From: an uncultured bacterium
Lineage (GTDB): Bacteria > Omnitrophota > Gorgyraeia > Kaelpiales > Kaelpiaceae
Reading direction: 5' to 3'
Length of the DNA: 64,000 bases
Assembly: GCA_965541635.1 (NCBI GenBank)
Contig: CBEUCN010000001.1
Location: 13,526-77,525 of the forward strand
Shown in pieces: positions 28,676 to 38,851 of the stretch; positions within the stretch are counted from its first letter, which is position 1; the number at the start of each line of letters is the position of its first letter. Position numbers and translations under genes: made by a program. The notes below the pieces were generated by a model. That model saw nothing but the letters and a program-made list of their open reading frames with translations, ran no database searches and was not told the DNA's origin.

Positions 28676-29630
28676 TTTCTCCTCCCCATTCTTGCTGTTG
28701 CTCTTCCGCTCTCACTTTGACTTCAGAAAGGATATCCTGTGCCTCGTCAATTAATCTTCCAGTTCTTAAAATTATGTATTTGGGCTGATCATTTTTATTA
28801 TAAGAAATCAATTTTACACTTACAGAAATCTTGGAAGTTTGAGGTCCTTGAGGTTTAACCTCAAAATTATAAACAACTCTTCTTTCCTGAAGCGCCCGAA
28901 AATCAGCAAATAACTGGTCTCCAATTCCCATCGGTGCCAGTTTGAACCCTGTAAGTGTTCCCTGCAAACGATTGGACTGAGTAACTATAATTTTATGTTC
29001 ATCCAGAACATCACGAAGTTTGTAAAATGTTATATCCTTGTCAGCATACACATCTATATTCATTTCGGGACCTTCTAGTTTAGAAACCGTTATAATCTCT
29101 TCTAAACTTCGAGGAGGGGCTTTTACTCCTGAAACTTCCTCTCCTTCCTCTCGAAACATTTTTCTAAAAGGCTGGGTCAATTTAGCCCACCATCCTCTCC
29201 TTTTTTTAACGGAAGAAGGAGTTTTCTCCTTTCTGGGGACCTCTCTACCAGATACCGCTGACGGCTGAGGAGTAATTTTTGCAGATGGAGTAAAAGGATA
29301 GATAGTAATTACATCTCCTTCTTTAAGTGAGACTCCCTCCATCAGTTCTAAAATATCACAGGCAGAAATATTATCTTTAACTTTTACCACTTCAATTTTA
29401 CCTATCTCAGCCCCATTTTTAACTATTGCAAAGTCCATTCCAGCAGTTAAGCCATGAATCTTCCCCTGATCTATAACTATAAAATTATATTGTTTATTAT
29501 ATTTTATAATTTTAACTGCCTGGACTTCTTGAGCATAGGGAATTAAACAAATACTCCCTACTATTATTAAACACCAAATTGTTCCTTTAACAAACCTCTT
29601 ATACACAAGATTTATTCTATCATTATGCAT
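28668..29630 (-). CDS. hypothetical membrane-anchored/exported protein
   Basis: 320 aa. N-terminal signal-anchor GTIWCLIIVGSICLIPYA, a small beta-rich domain, a Pro/Ser/Lys-rich linker, and a C-terminal domain of unknown family. No motif I can recognise. Confidence 0.5.
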   Translation of the reverse strand: MHNDRINLVYKRFVKGTIWCLIIVGSICLIPYAQEVQAVKIIKYNKQYNFIVIDQGKIHGLTAGMDFAIVKNGAEIGKIEVVKVKDNISACDILELMEGVSLKEGDVITIYPFTPSAKITPQPSAVSGREVPRKEKTPSSVKKRRGWWAKLTQPFRKMFREEGEEVSGVKAPPRSLEEIITVSKLEGPEMNIDVYADKDITFYKLRDVLDEHKIIVTQSNRLQGTLTGFKLAPMGIGDQLFADFRALQERRVVYNFEVKPQGPQTSKISVSVKLISYNKNDQPKYIILRTGRLIDEAQDILSEVKVRAEEQQQEWGGENG

Positions 29631-29637
29631 TCTATTT

Positions 29638-30576
29638 TCAAGTTCCTAATTTAATACCAGGTGCAATTTTATATCCCGAAAGAAACTCTTTTACTGTCAT
29701 CCGTCTACGAGATTCCAACTGCAATTCCTTAATTGCTAAAGTATTCTTCCCACAAGCAACTTTAAACTCATCACGACCAACTTCTACTATCTCTCCTGGC
29801 TCACCTTTGCAATTAACCTCTACTACCTCTGCCCAGAATATTTTTAAAAGTTTATCCTCAAGATAAGTATAGGCTCCTGGCCAGGGTTGAGCTCCCCTGA
29901 TAAGATTATAAATCTCAAAAGCAGTCTTCTCCCAGTTTATTAAACCGTCTTCTTTTTTAAGCCTGGGAGCATAACTAGGAATCCCTGTTTGGGACTGAAG
30001 ATGGTATTTATTTTCAGCAATCATATTTAATGTCTTAGGTAATAATTCTTTTCCTAAATCACTAAGTTTAGCCTCCAGAGTTATAGCAGTGTCAAAAGGA
30101 GATATTTCACATTTTGCCTGAGATATTATCTCTCCAGCATCCATTTTTTCATTCATTCTGAAAATTGTAACTCCAGTAATCTTCTCCCCATTTATAATAG
30201 CCCAGTTTATCGGTGCTGCTCCCCGATATTTAGGTAAAAGTGAAGCATGAATGTTAATTGCAAATATTTCTGGTATTTTAAGAAGATCTTCTTTAAAAAT
30301 CTGTCCATAGGCGGCAGTAACAAATAGACTAGGATTAAACCTTTTTATAATCTGAATAAATTCAGAGGAGTTTACATTTTGAGGTTGAAAAACAGGCACA
30401 GTTATTTTGTTTGTAAGACAATAATCTTTAACCGCTGTAGATAACATCTTATATCCCCGTCCTCCTTTTCTGTCCGGCTGGGTAACAACTGCAACTAAAT
30501 CATAAATGTTTTGATTACAAAGAAAATCAAGAATGGGAATTGCAAATTTACCAGAACCAAAGAATATTATCCGCAT
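29638..30576 (-). CDS. fmt: methionyl-tRNA formyltransferase
   Basis: N-terminus MRIIFFGSGKFAIPIL, formyltransferase N and C domains, and a position downstream of def. Confidence 0.95.
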   Translation of the reverse strand: MRIIFFGSGKFAIPILDFLCNQNIYDLVAVVTQPDRKGGRGYKMLSTAVKDYCLTNKITVPVFQPQNVNSSEFIQIIKRFNPSLFVTAAYGQIFKEDLLKIPEIFAINIHASLLPKYRGAAPINWAIINGEKITGVTIFRMNEKMDAGEIISQAKCEISPFDTAITLEAKLSDLGKELLPKTLNMIAENKYHLQSQTGIPSYAPRLKKEDGLINWEKTAFEIYNLIRGAQPWPGAYTYLEDKLLKIFWAEVVEVNCKGEPGEIVEVGRDEFKVACGKNTLAIKELQLESRRRMTVKEFLSGYKIAPGIKLGT

Positions 30577-31052
30577 TTATTGAAATATATTTTAAGCAAT
30601 TTCTTTCTTTGCCGAAATGGGATGTGATGGATAAATAATTTACCATTGAGGTGATCTACCTCATGCTGAATAATTCTGGCCAGAAGTCCTGTGGCCTTTA
30701 TAGCTTGCTTTTTTCCATTTATATTTAATCCTTCTACTACTACAGTATTGGCCCTTTTAACAATAGCAGAAATTCCTGGCAAGCTGAGACATCCCTCGAC
30801 ATCTTCAATCCAGCCTCTCTTCTCCACTATTCTGGGATTGAATAACACCAACATATCCTCTCTTTTCATAGAAGGAGAAGCCACAAACACACTTTTACTT
30901 ACTCCTACCTGATTGGCAGCCAGCCCCACTCCTTCATTCTCCAGCATAGTTTCAATCATCTCCCGGACAAGATTTAGTTCCTCCTCCCCTATCTCTTTCA
31001 CCTTGGCAGTCTTCTTTTTCAACACTGGATCAGGATAGGTAACTATTTTCAT
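30567..31052 (-). CDS. def: peptide deformylase
   Basis: GVGLAANQVG, EGCLS, HEVDHLNG motifs. Confidence 0.95.
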   Translation of the reverse strand: MKIVTYPDPVLKKKTAKVKEIGEEELNLVREMIETMLENEGVGLAANQVGVSKSVFVASPSMKREDMLVLFNPRIVEKRGWIEDVEGCLSLPGISAIVKRANTVVVEGLNINGKKQAIKATGLLARIIQHEVDHLNGKLFIHHIPFRQRKKLLKIYFNKCG

Positions 31053-31055
31053 CCC

Positions 31056-33047
31056 TTAATCCTCATAAGGATTTACATCTACAATTAGTTTTACCCCTTC
31101 AAACTGTATTTTAAAACCTATAATGTTATATAATAGACGCAATGTAGAGGCAAGATTTTTAGATTTTATGACTAAATCCCAACGATATTCTCCTCTCAAC
31201 TTTGGAACTGGATGAGGAGCAGGCCCTAAAATTTCAAATTCTTTACCTGCGAATTCCTGCAACAACTGTTGGATTTTATATGCAACCTGTTCTACCTTTC
31301 TCTCTTTCTTATGCCTACACTCCAGTTTTATAAGTTCACTAAATGGAGGAAGCCCCAGAATTCTTCTTCGCTCTATCTCCTGATGGTAAAAGGAAACATA
31401 ATCCTGCCGGAGTGAAGTCTGAATTGTGTAATGCTGGGGATTATAGGTTTGAATAAGGACTCTTCCCTTTCCCCTGCCTCTACCTGATCTTCCTGCTACC
31501 TGAGTAAGAAGAGAAAAAGTTTTCTCACCGGCTCGGAAGTCTATTATATTTAAACTTAAATCAGCAAGAATAACTCCCACCAGATCAACATTAGGAAAAT
31601 CATGCCCTTTAGCAATTATCTGAGTTCCAACTAAAACATCAATTTTATGGTCCCGAAATTCCTGGATAATCTTCTCTAATATCCCCCTTTTTCGTACAGC
31701 ATCAGAATCAAGCCGAGCAGCTGTAATACCAGAGAATAACTTATGAAGTTCACTAATTACCTTCTGAGTACCAAATCCTCGATATACGAGATAGCGAGAC
31801 TGACACTGAGGACAGATAGATAATCGCTCACTGTGATAATTACAATGATGGCAAATAAGTATTTTTCTCTGAGAATGATAAGTGAGTGCAATTTCACATC
31901 GAGGACATTTAGCCACATACCCACACTTAAGACAGACCAGGGAAGTTGAAAATCCTCGTCGATTAAGAAATAGCATCGCCTGAGATTTATTATTCACTAC
32001 TCTCTCAAGTTCAACTTTTAAAGGTTGAGAAAATACCACCGGCTTCAATCTCCTTCTTTTTTGTAGGCGTAAGTCAATTATTTCTACCTCAGGAAGTCTT
32101 TTCTTTTTAATTCTATGGGGAAGTTCCAGAAGTATATAGTCTCCACGCTGGGCTTTATAATAAGACTCCAGACTTGGAGTTGCTGAACCTAAAATCACCG
32201 GACATTTAAAAGTTCGGGCACGAAAAATTGCCAAGTCACGAACATGATAACGAGGACGCTCATCCTGCTTATAGCTGGAATCGTGCTCCTCATCAATTAT
32301 AATCACTCCCAGATCAGAAAAAGGAGCAAATATTGCCGAGCGTGTGCCGATACATATCTTGCTAATTCCATCTTTAATCTTTTTCCACTCCTGAAACCTC
32401 TGGGCTTCTGTAAGGCCACTATGGAATACTGAAATTTCTACTTTTGGGAAACGATTCTTAAATCTGGATATTGTTTGGGGAGAAAGTGCTATTTCCGGAA
32501 CTAAAACCAAGGCTGATTTATTTTTACGGATAGCAAGTTCTACAGTTTGTAAATACACCTCAGTCTTACCAGAAGCAGTAACTCCAAACAGTAAAAATAC
32601 ATTAAAATCGTCAAATTTTTTTCTAATAGTTGCCAATGCTTTCTCCTGAGCAGGGGTTAATTTTTTGGGCCTACGGAATTTCACATCAGGCTTTATAGTT
32701 ATCTGCTTGCGGGGAGTAACTGATTTTTTTCCTTTACGAAGTACACCAGGAAGAGCAGTTTCTATACATTCTCCCCAGCCTGAATAATAATGAATTGCCA
32801 TCCACCAAGTTAACCGCAATATATCTGGATTGATAATCGGTTCACTATCAATAATTTCTATTATCTCTTTTAATTCTTGTGACAGTTGCTTTTCAATTAC
32901 GTCTACCACATATCCTGTTTTTATTTGATTGCGAAACGGTGCCCTAACTCTGATACCTGCAACAATATTATTACCTGAAAGATTTTCAGGGATACGATAA
33001 TAAAATGTTTTATCTACGGGCAAACCAAAGGCAACCTCAACAATCAT
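31056..33047 (-). CDS. priA: primosomal protein N' (replication restart helicase PriA)
   Basis: Walker A GVTASGKTEV, DEEH box, a Cys-rich zinc-binding insertion (CLKCGYV...CPRC...CHHC...CPQC), and a C-terminal helicase domain. Confidence 0.9.
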   Translation of the reverse strand: MIVEVAFGLPVDKTFYYRIPENLSGNNIVAGIRVRAPFRNQIKTGYVVDVIEKQLSQELKEIIEIIDSEPIINPDILRLTWWMAIHYYSGWGECIETALPGVLRKGKKSVTPRKQITIKPDVKFRRPKKLTPAQEKALATIRKKFDDFNVFLLFGVTASGKTEVYLQTVELAIRKNKSALVLVPEIALSPQTISRFKNRFPKVEISVFHSGLTEAQRFQEWKKIKDGISKICIGTRSAIFAPFSDLGVIIIDEEHDSSYKQDERPRYHVRDLAIFRARTFKCPVILGSATPSLESYYKAQRGDYILLELPHRIKKKRLPEVEIIDLRLQKRRRLKPVVFSQPLKVELERVVNNKSQAMLFLNRRGFSTSLVCLKCGYVAKCPRCEIALTYHSQRKILICHHCNYHSERLSICPQCQSRYLVYRGFGTQKVISELHKLFSGITAARLDSDAVRKRGILEKIIQEFRDHKIDVLVGTQIIAKGHDFPNVDLVGVILADLSLNIIDFRAGEKTFSLLTQVAGRSGRGRGKGRVLIQTYNPQHYTIQTSLRQDYVSFYHQEIERRRILGLPPFSELIKLECRHKKERKVEQVAYKIQQLLQEFAGKEFEILGPAPHPVPKLRGEYRWDLVIKSKNLASTLRLLYNIIGFKIQFEGVKLIVDVNPYED

Positions 33048-33640
33048 TTTTTACCAGGAATGGGCAGATTAAGTTCTGTCAAAACTTTTTTCATGTCTTC
33101 CCAGGCAAGTTTTTTTGCTTTAGGATTGAGTAAAAGATATGCGGGATGAAAAGACGCAATTACTTTTCTTCCTCGAAAGTAAAGAATTTGCCCATGCATT
33201 TTGGTAATAGAAAATTGGGGGCCAAATAGAGCAATTCCAGCAATTCTTCCCAGAAGCACCAGTATTTCCGGATTTATAATCTCTATCTGAAAAAATAAAT
33301 ACGGCAGACAATTTTCTATTTCCTGAGGATAAGGATCTCTATTGCCAGGAGGGTGACATTTCAAAATATTTGCTATATACACCTGGTCTCGCGATAAGCC
33401 CATGGCTTGAATTATTTTAGTAAGCAACTGACCCGATTTACCAACAAAAGGTTTCCCCTGAATATCTTCTTGCTCTCCCGGGGCTTCTCCAATAAACATT
33501 ATCCTGGCATCTAAATTCCCCTCACCAACTACAGGATTTCTGCGGATAAAAGCCAGGGAACATCTTTTGCATTTTTTTATTTTATGTTCTAAGGCTTTTA
33601 TATAAATTTCTTTCTGGGATGAAAGCATTCTCACATTCAT
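33044..33640 (-). CDS. uracil-DNA glycosylase, family 4 (Fe-S type)
   Basis: GEGNLDARIMFIGEAPG and HPAYLL motifs; Cys residues for a 4Fe-4S cluster (CKRC...C...C). Confidence 0.85.
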   Translation of the reverse strand: MNVRMLSSQKEIYIKALEHKIKKCKRCSLAFIRRNPVVGEGNLDARIMFIGEAPGEQEDIQGKPFVGKSGQLLTKIIQAMGLSRDQVYIANILKCHPPGNRDPYPQEIENCLPYLFFQIEIINPEILVLLGRIAGIALFGPQFSITKMHGQILYFRGRKVIASFHPAYLLLNPKAKKLAWEDMKKVLTELNLPIPGKK

Positions 33641-34191
33641 TTCAAAATTATGTTTTTTACAGCATCATAAAGGTTATAAGCAACATACTCAGGAATTATA
33701 GAAAATCTTCCAAGTTCAGAAACACTCGTTTTACCGCTAAGAACGAGTATTGACAAAATAGAAAAATTTCTGGCAGTGTGAATATCTCTCTCCTGGTCAC
33801 CAACAAAAAATATTTTATCCTTTTTCAATCCCGAATATTTCTGCCATACTATCTCAAGATTGCCAGTTTTGGGTTTACGACAATTGCAATTATCTTCAGA
33901 GCGATGGATACAATAAAAAACTCCTTTTATTTTTATTCCCTTCTGGTTCAATATCTCTAACATATACTCAGTAACATCCTGTAACTGTTGAACAGTAAAT
34001 ATTCCCTTGGCAACTCCTGCCTGATTGGAAATAATATAGACATCATAATTGTTTTCCACCAGCATTTTAAGACCATTTATGGCATCGGAAATAAACTGGA
34101 ATTCCTGGGGAGATGTAACATAATCTCTGCCAAATTTAGATGGCTCCACATTTATAACACCGTCTCTATCCAGAAATATTGGGCGCCCCAT
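33637..34191 (-). CDS. gmhB: D-glycero-D-manno-heptose 1,7-bisphosphate phosphatase (HAD-IIIA)
   Basis: FLDRDGVIN HAD motif I and a zinc-binding C.H...C.C pattern typical of GmhB. Confidence 0.75.
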   Translation of the reverse strand: MGRPIFLDRDGVINVEPSKFGRDYVTSPQEFQFISDAINGLKMLVENNYDVYIISNQAGVAKGIFTVQQLQDVTEYMLEILNQKGIKIKGVFYCIHRSEDNCNCRKPKTGNLEIVWQKYSGLKKDKIFFVGDQERDIHTARNFSILSILVLSGKTSVSELGRFSIIPEYVAYNLYDAVKNIILK

Positions 34192-34193
34192 TT

Positions 34194-35228
34194 TTAGAAA
34201 AGGTTAATGTTATTTTTTACCCAGATATAAAGCCGCCTGATCCCCTCCCGATAATCAATTTTTGGCTTCCAGTTCAATTTCTTGCTTACACAAGAAATAT
34301 CTGAAACATATACCTTCTGGTCATAAAGTCTCCAGTTATCAAATCTGATTTTAAATCTAATCTTGAAATTATTTTCCACAAATTTAATATATTCCAGAAG
34401 AGAAATGGAATTTTCAATCCCCCCGCCAATATTGAATACTCCAGAATCAATACTGGAATTGTAAAATTTATCAAATGCTTCCACCAGATCCGAAATATAA
34501 AGGACATCTCTTACCTGTTTGCCATTCCCATAAATTGTAATCTCTCTATTTTTCAACCCGGAAATAAGAAACCAAGCCAACCAGCCCTGGTCTTCAAATC
34601 CAAATTGGCGGGTTCCATAAATGCAACTCATCCTGAAAACTGCACTTTTAATCTTATATACTGCTCCATATTCCTGAGTATATATATCTCCCACATATTT
34701 GCTTACTCCGTAAGGAGTATGAGGAGTAAGATCTATACCTACCTGTTCGTTAATCGCTTTGATATCCCGAAATTCATACCGGCTGTTGCACTTTCTTATT
34801 TTAAACTGTGACACTCTGGCTCCATATACTTTATTGGTGGAACAATAAATGAATGTTGCCTGCGGACAGTACTTACGGACAAATTCCAGAATATTAAATG
34901 TAGCCAAAGCATTGAGGGAAAAATCCTCTTGAGGATTTTTTAATGAAAATCCCACTCCTGGTTGAGCAGCTGTATGAATCACAAGGTCAAATTTCTGTTT
35001 GCGTAATCTAGAAAAAGTCTCAGGATACCTGAGATCGGCCTTTATTCTGTGAATATTTTTATATCTGACAAGATATTCCCAGTTATATTCCACTGATTTC
35101 TTCCGACTTTTAAACAATTGTGAACGAATTAAATTATCAATTCCATAAACCTCTGCTCCCTTTAAAGCATAATATTCTGCACAATGAGAGCCAACAAAAC
35201 CTGCTACCCCCGTTATCAATACTTTCAT
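34194..35228 (-). CDS. NAD-dependent epimerase/dehydratase family protein (nucleotide-sugar modifying)
   Basis: N-terminal Rossmann ITGVAGFVGSH and an SDR extended-family fold. Confidence 0.75.
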   Translation of the reverse strand: MKVLITGVAGFVGSHCAEYYALKGAEVYGIDNLIRSQLFKSRKKSVEYNWEYLVRYKNIHRIKADLRYPETFSRLRKQKFDLVIHTAAQPGVGFSLKNPQEDFSLNALATFNILEFVRKYCPQATFIYCSTNKVYGARVSQFKIRKCNSRYEFRDIKAINEQVGIDLTPHTPYGVSKYVGDIYTQEYGAVYKIKSAVFRMSCIYGTRQFGFEDQGWLAWFLISGLKNREITIYGNGKQVRDVLYISDLVEAFDKFYNSSIDSGVFNIGGGIENSISLLEYIKFVENNFKIRFKIRFDNWRLYDQKVYVSDISCVSKKLNWKPKIDYREGIRRLYIWVKNNINLF

Positions 35229-35243
35229 TTTAACTTCTCCCGC

Positions 35244-36143
35244 TTAGTTATTACGGATTTTAAGATACTTAGTCAGTTCTATGAGAAACTCCGAATTGGG
35301 AAGAGCTTTAAGACTTACTATTGCCTTCTGAATATAATCATTTAAACTCTTCAAGGTTTTTTTCTTCCCACATACCTGCACATAATTAGGTCTTCTTTCC
35401 TTGGTTAATGACAATTTTCCAGATATTGCAGGTTTGTTTTCAACGGCTATTAAATCATCACTTATTTGAAATGCCTTGCCAAAACAAGTAGCAAAATTCA
35501 TAATCTCTTTTTTCTCTTGGGATGAAAACCCTGCCAGGGAAGAAGCAATATCAACACTGATTTCAAATAAACTTGCAGTCTTTTTAGCATGGATTTCTTC
35601 TATTTCTTTAAGTTTTAATTCCTGATTACTTTTAAACAAGTCAAGAAACTGGCCTACCATAATACCCTCTTTACCCAATAAGGAAAAAGTTTTCCGACAC
35701 AGACGGAGTTTTTCTTCTAAAGAAGAAATACGAGAAATTATTTCTGTAACAATAAGAGCAAGTCCCTCTAGTAATAGTGACTGAGCAACCAAAATAGTGA
35801 TTGCTTCTCCATATACTTTATGTAAAGCAGGTTTACCCCTTCTTAACAAAGCATCATCCATGGAGGGAAGGTCATCAAGGAGTAAAGTGGAAGTATGAAT
35901 CATTTCAATTCCAGCAGCAGGATCAAGCATGATTTCCAAAGGTTGAGATTTCATCTCAGCAATAGCAAGCATTATAATTGCTCTTAATCTTTTGCCACCA
36001 TTAAACATTGCATACCAGGTGGCTTCATGTAATTTAACGGGCTCCTCACAATAAGGGAGGACAAGTTTCAAATACTCATCAATTAATTCCTTCTTTTTTT
36101 TCAATATTTTTTTTAAATCCATAACATCACCCCTTTTTAACAT
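35244..36143 (-). CDS. polyprenyl diphosphate synthase (FPP/GGPP synthase family)
   Basis: First Asp-rich motif LLLDDLPSMDDALLRRG; second motif FQISDDLIA. Confidence 0.85.
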   Translation of the reverse strand: MLKRGDVMDLKKILKKKKELIDEYLKLVLPYCEEPVKLHEATWYAMFNGGKRLRAIIMLAIAEMKSQPLEIMLDPAAGIEMIHTSTLLLDDLPSMDDALLRRGKPALHKVYGEAITILVAQSLLLEGLALIVTEIISRISSLEEKLRLCRKTFSLLGKEGIMVGQFLDLFKSNQELKLKEIEEIHAKKTASLFEISVDIASSLAGFSSQEKKEIMNFATCFGKAFQISDDLIAVENKPAISGKLSLTKERRPNYVQVCGKKKTLKSLNDYIQKAIVSLKALPNSEFLIELTKYLKIRNN

Positions 36144-37017
36144 ATTGAAATAGAAATTTATTTAATGCCTGTTCCCAAGCAGGCATAGGTAGGCAGGTAA
36201 ATTTCTGAAATTTGTCACAATTTAGAGCAGAAAATAACGGTCTTTTGGCATCTTGGGGAATCTGATTTAAACTTACTCCCACCACTGAATTGGTATCATA
36301 ATTTAAAATACGGGCAACTTCCATTGCCAGATCATATCGGGAACAATTCCCTTGATTTACAAGATGATATATTCCATATATAGAATCAGTTTGTGGTATG
36401 CGCACTTTCTTCAAAAATGTTTTCAATGCCCAAGCAAAATCATCCACATAGGTAGGAGAAATTATTTGGTCATTAGCAACTGTAACTTTTTCTTTTGCAG
36501 CTAATTTTTGAATACACATGGTAATAAAATTATCTTTGTATTCTCCGAATAGAAAACTTGTCCTGAAAATAAAATATTCTTCCATAAAATATGAAACATA
36601 TCTTTCTCCTCCCAGTTTGGATATTCCATAAACATTTATTGGCTGAGGTTCATCCTCCTCCGTATAGGGAAGATTTTTCTCTCCATCAAACACATAATCA
36701 GTACTTATATAAATGAAAGCAGAATGAATTTTGGAACCATACCAGCTAAGATTCCGAGTACCAATAGTATTCACATCATGAGCAAGTTTAGGCTCACGTT
36801 CACAGAAATCAACATCGGTTATAGCTGCGGAATGAATTATAAGCTCGGGACGGTAGTGATTTATCAATTCTGCAACCTGATTTTCATCTCTAAGGTCACA
36901 ACTTATAGTGTTGTTCTTTCCAGAAAGAGAAACTGGAATTATTTCATATTCCTCATCAAGAAACTTCCAAATAGCCTGTCCCAAAAGACCTGTTGCTCCT
37001 GTTAACAACACTTTCAT
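36127..37017 (-). CDS. rfbD: dTDP-4-dehydrorhamnose reductase
   Basis: LTGATGLLG Rossmann and STDYVFDG motifs typical of RmlD. Confidence 0.85.
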   Translation of the reverse strand: MKVLLTGATGLLGQAIWKFLDEEYEIIPVSLSGKNNTISCDLRDENQVAELINHYRPELIIHSAAITDVDFCEREPKLAHDVNTIGTRNLSWYGSKIHSAFIYISTDYVFDGEKNLPYTEEDEPQPINVYGISKLGGERYVSYFMEEYFIFRTSFLFGEYKDNFITMCIQKLAAKEKVTVANDQIISPTYVDDFAWALKTFLKKVRIPQTDSIYGIYHLVNQGNCSRYDLAMEVARILNYDTNSVVGVSLNQIPQDAKRPLFSALNCDKFQKFTCLPMPAWEQALNKFLFQYVKKG

Positions 37018-37469
37018 CTATTTACTCTACTCCAGTCATAGGCTATTTCTTTACTATAGGGATCGAGGCGATACTCATCAGGCTTTTTGTGATTATAGGG
37101 ATAATCAGGAACATTTAAAACAATTGCCTCTTCATTTCCAATACATTTTATACCGTGATAAACTCCCGGAGGAACCTGAACAATCATTGGTCTTGCTTCT
37201 CCCATTGCGAATTCCATTATTTGAGAAAAACTTCGGGAATTTTTGCGGTTATCATAAAGAACAAGTTTTACATTTCCTTTTATGCAGCAGAGATTATCAG
37301 TTTGCTTTTTATGAAGATGCCAAGCTTTGATTATTCCAGGATAAATCGTGGTTATATATACCTGGCCGAACTTTTTAAAGAGTTTATCATCAGCCCTTAA
37401 AATCTCTAATAATCTACCCCGATCATCAAGATAAAACTTTAATTCCTTTACTTTGACCCCAACTATCAT
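37014..37469 (-). CDS. cupin-fold dTDP-sugar epimerase/isomerase (RmlC/FdtA-like)
   Basis: A 151-aa cupin with W-H-x-H pattern (KAWHLHKKQTD). It sits between rmlD and ugd. The exact activity is uncertain. Confidence 0.55.
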   Translation of the reverse strand: MIVGVKVKELKFYLDDRGRLLEILRADDKLFKKFGQVYITTIYPGIIKAWHLHKKQTDNLCCIKGNVKLVLYDNRKNSRSFSQIMEFAMGEARPMIVQVPPGVYHGIKCIGNEEAIVLNVPDYPYNHKKPDEYRLDPYSKEIAYDWSRVNR

Positions 37470-38809
37470 TTCCTCATTTGAGATTTAACTCCTGAAGGCA
37501 GGGGCTTTCCAAAGCCATAATATATGAATTCTTTTTCTTGTAAATTATAAGAAGAATAAATATTTCTACCATCAACAATAAATGGAAGTCTCATCTTTTT
37601 TCTCATAAGGGTAAAATCCACATTTCTGAATTCTTCCCACTCCGTAACAATAAGCAAACAATCAGCATCGTGGATAGCCTGGTATTTATCTTGGACATAA
37701 TCTATTCTGCTATCATCAAATACAGTTTTTAAATTCTCCATTGCCTGAGGGTCATAAATACTCACTTTTGCTCCTTCAGTTATTAACTGGTCAATTATAT
37801 CAATTGCTGGAGCTCCACGAATATCATCGGTATCGGGCTTGAATGCTACTCCCCAGATTGCAATTTTCTTATCTTTAATAATCCACAGCACATCTTTAAT
37901 TTTTTGAATCACAAGTTTCCTCTGCTCATCATTTATTCTTTTTACTTCCTTAAGAAGCCGAAAATCATATCCTAAACTTTCAGATATATGGATAAAAGCA
38001 TCAATATCTTTAGGGAAACAACTTCCTCCAAATCCTATCCCCGCATTTAGAAATTCTCGCCCAATTCTTTTATCCAGCCCCATTCCTTCAGCAACTTTCT
38101 CCACATCTGCTCCTACCTTCTCACAAATTCTGGATATGGCATTAATAAATGATATTTTCATAGCCAAAAAGGAATTAGAAGCATGTTTTATAAGTTCTGC
38201 ACTCTTTATATCTGTAACTACAATAGGTGCATTTAAAGATTTGTATATCTCCATTAAAATTCTCTTGGCCTTCTCACTGTCAATACCAATAACAATGCGA
38301 TCAGGATTCATAAAATCATGAATTGCAGACCCTTCTCGTAGAAACTCGGGATTGGATGCAACATCAAATGGCACATTCTTTCTAACATAAAGTTTAATGG
38401 TATTTTTTACCTTTTCTCCGGTCTCTACAGGAACAGTTGACTTCTCCACTATCAATTTATAACTCTCCATAAGAGAAGCGATTTCCCGAGCAACGTTTTC
38501 CACATAACTTAAATCCGCTTCTCCATTTTCTCGAGGAGGAGTTCCGACAGCAATAAAAATTACCTCTCCATGATTTACTGCTTCTTCCATAGAACCTGTA
38601 AAGAAAAGTCTATCTTCAGCCATACTCTGTAATACCATCTCCTCCAGGCCGGGCTCATAAATCGGGATTTTGCCTTTGGAAAGCAAATCTATTTTACTGG
38701 GATTATTATCCATACAACAGACTTTATGCCCAAGGTATGCCAAACAAGCAGCAGTTACCAACCCTACATGTCCAGCTCCGATGACTGAAATATTATAAAT
38801 TTTATCCAT
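37466..38809 (-). CDS. ugd: UDP-glucose/GDP-mannose 6-dehydrogenase family protein
   Basis: N-terminal GAGHVGLVTAACLA Rossmann; catalytic Cys region GFGGSCFPKD. Confidence 0.9.
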   Translation of the reverse strand: MDKIYNISVIGAGHVGLVTAACLAYLGHKVCCMDNNPSKIDLLSKGKIPIYEPGLEEMVLQSMAEDRLFFTGSMEEAVNHGEVIFIAVGTPPRENGEADLSYVENVAREIASLMESYKLIVEKSTVPVETGEKVKNTIKLYVRKNVPFDVASNPEFLREGSAIHDFMNPDRIVIGIDSEKAKRILMEIYKSLNAPIVVTDIKSAELIKHASNSFLAMKISFINAISRICEKVGADVEKVAEGMGLDKRIGREFLNAGIGFGGSCFPKDIDAFIHISESLGYDFRLLKEVKRINDEQRKLVIQKIKDVLWIIKDKKIAIWGVAFKPDTDDIRGAPAIDIIDQLITEGAKVSIYDPQAMENLKTVFDDSRIDYVQDKYQAIHDADCLLIVTEWEEFRNVDFTLMRKKMRLPFIVDGRNIYSSYNLQEKEFIYYGFGKPLPSGVKSQMRK

Positions 38810-38851
38810 TATTCCCTCGGGATAATAATATATTTAAATTATACCAAAAAA

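Noticed and set aside
33120-33311. 63-aa and 73-aa minus-strand ORFs nested inside the UDG (33120-33311) and epimerase (34286-34507) genes
   Set aside because: Out-of-frame overlaps within well-supported genes; no motifs.
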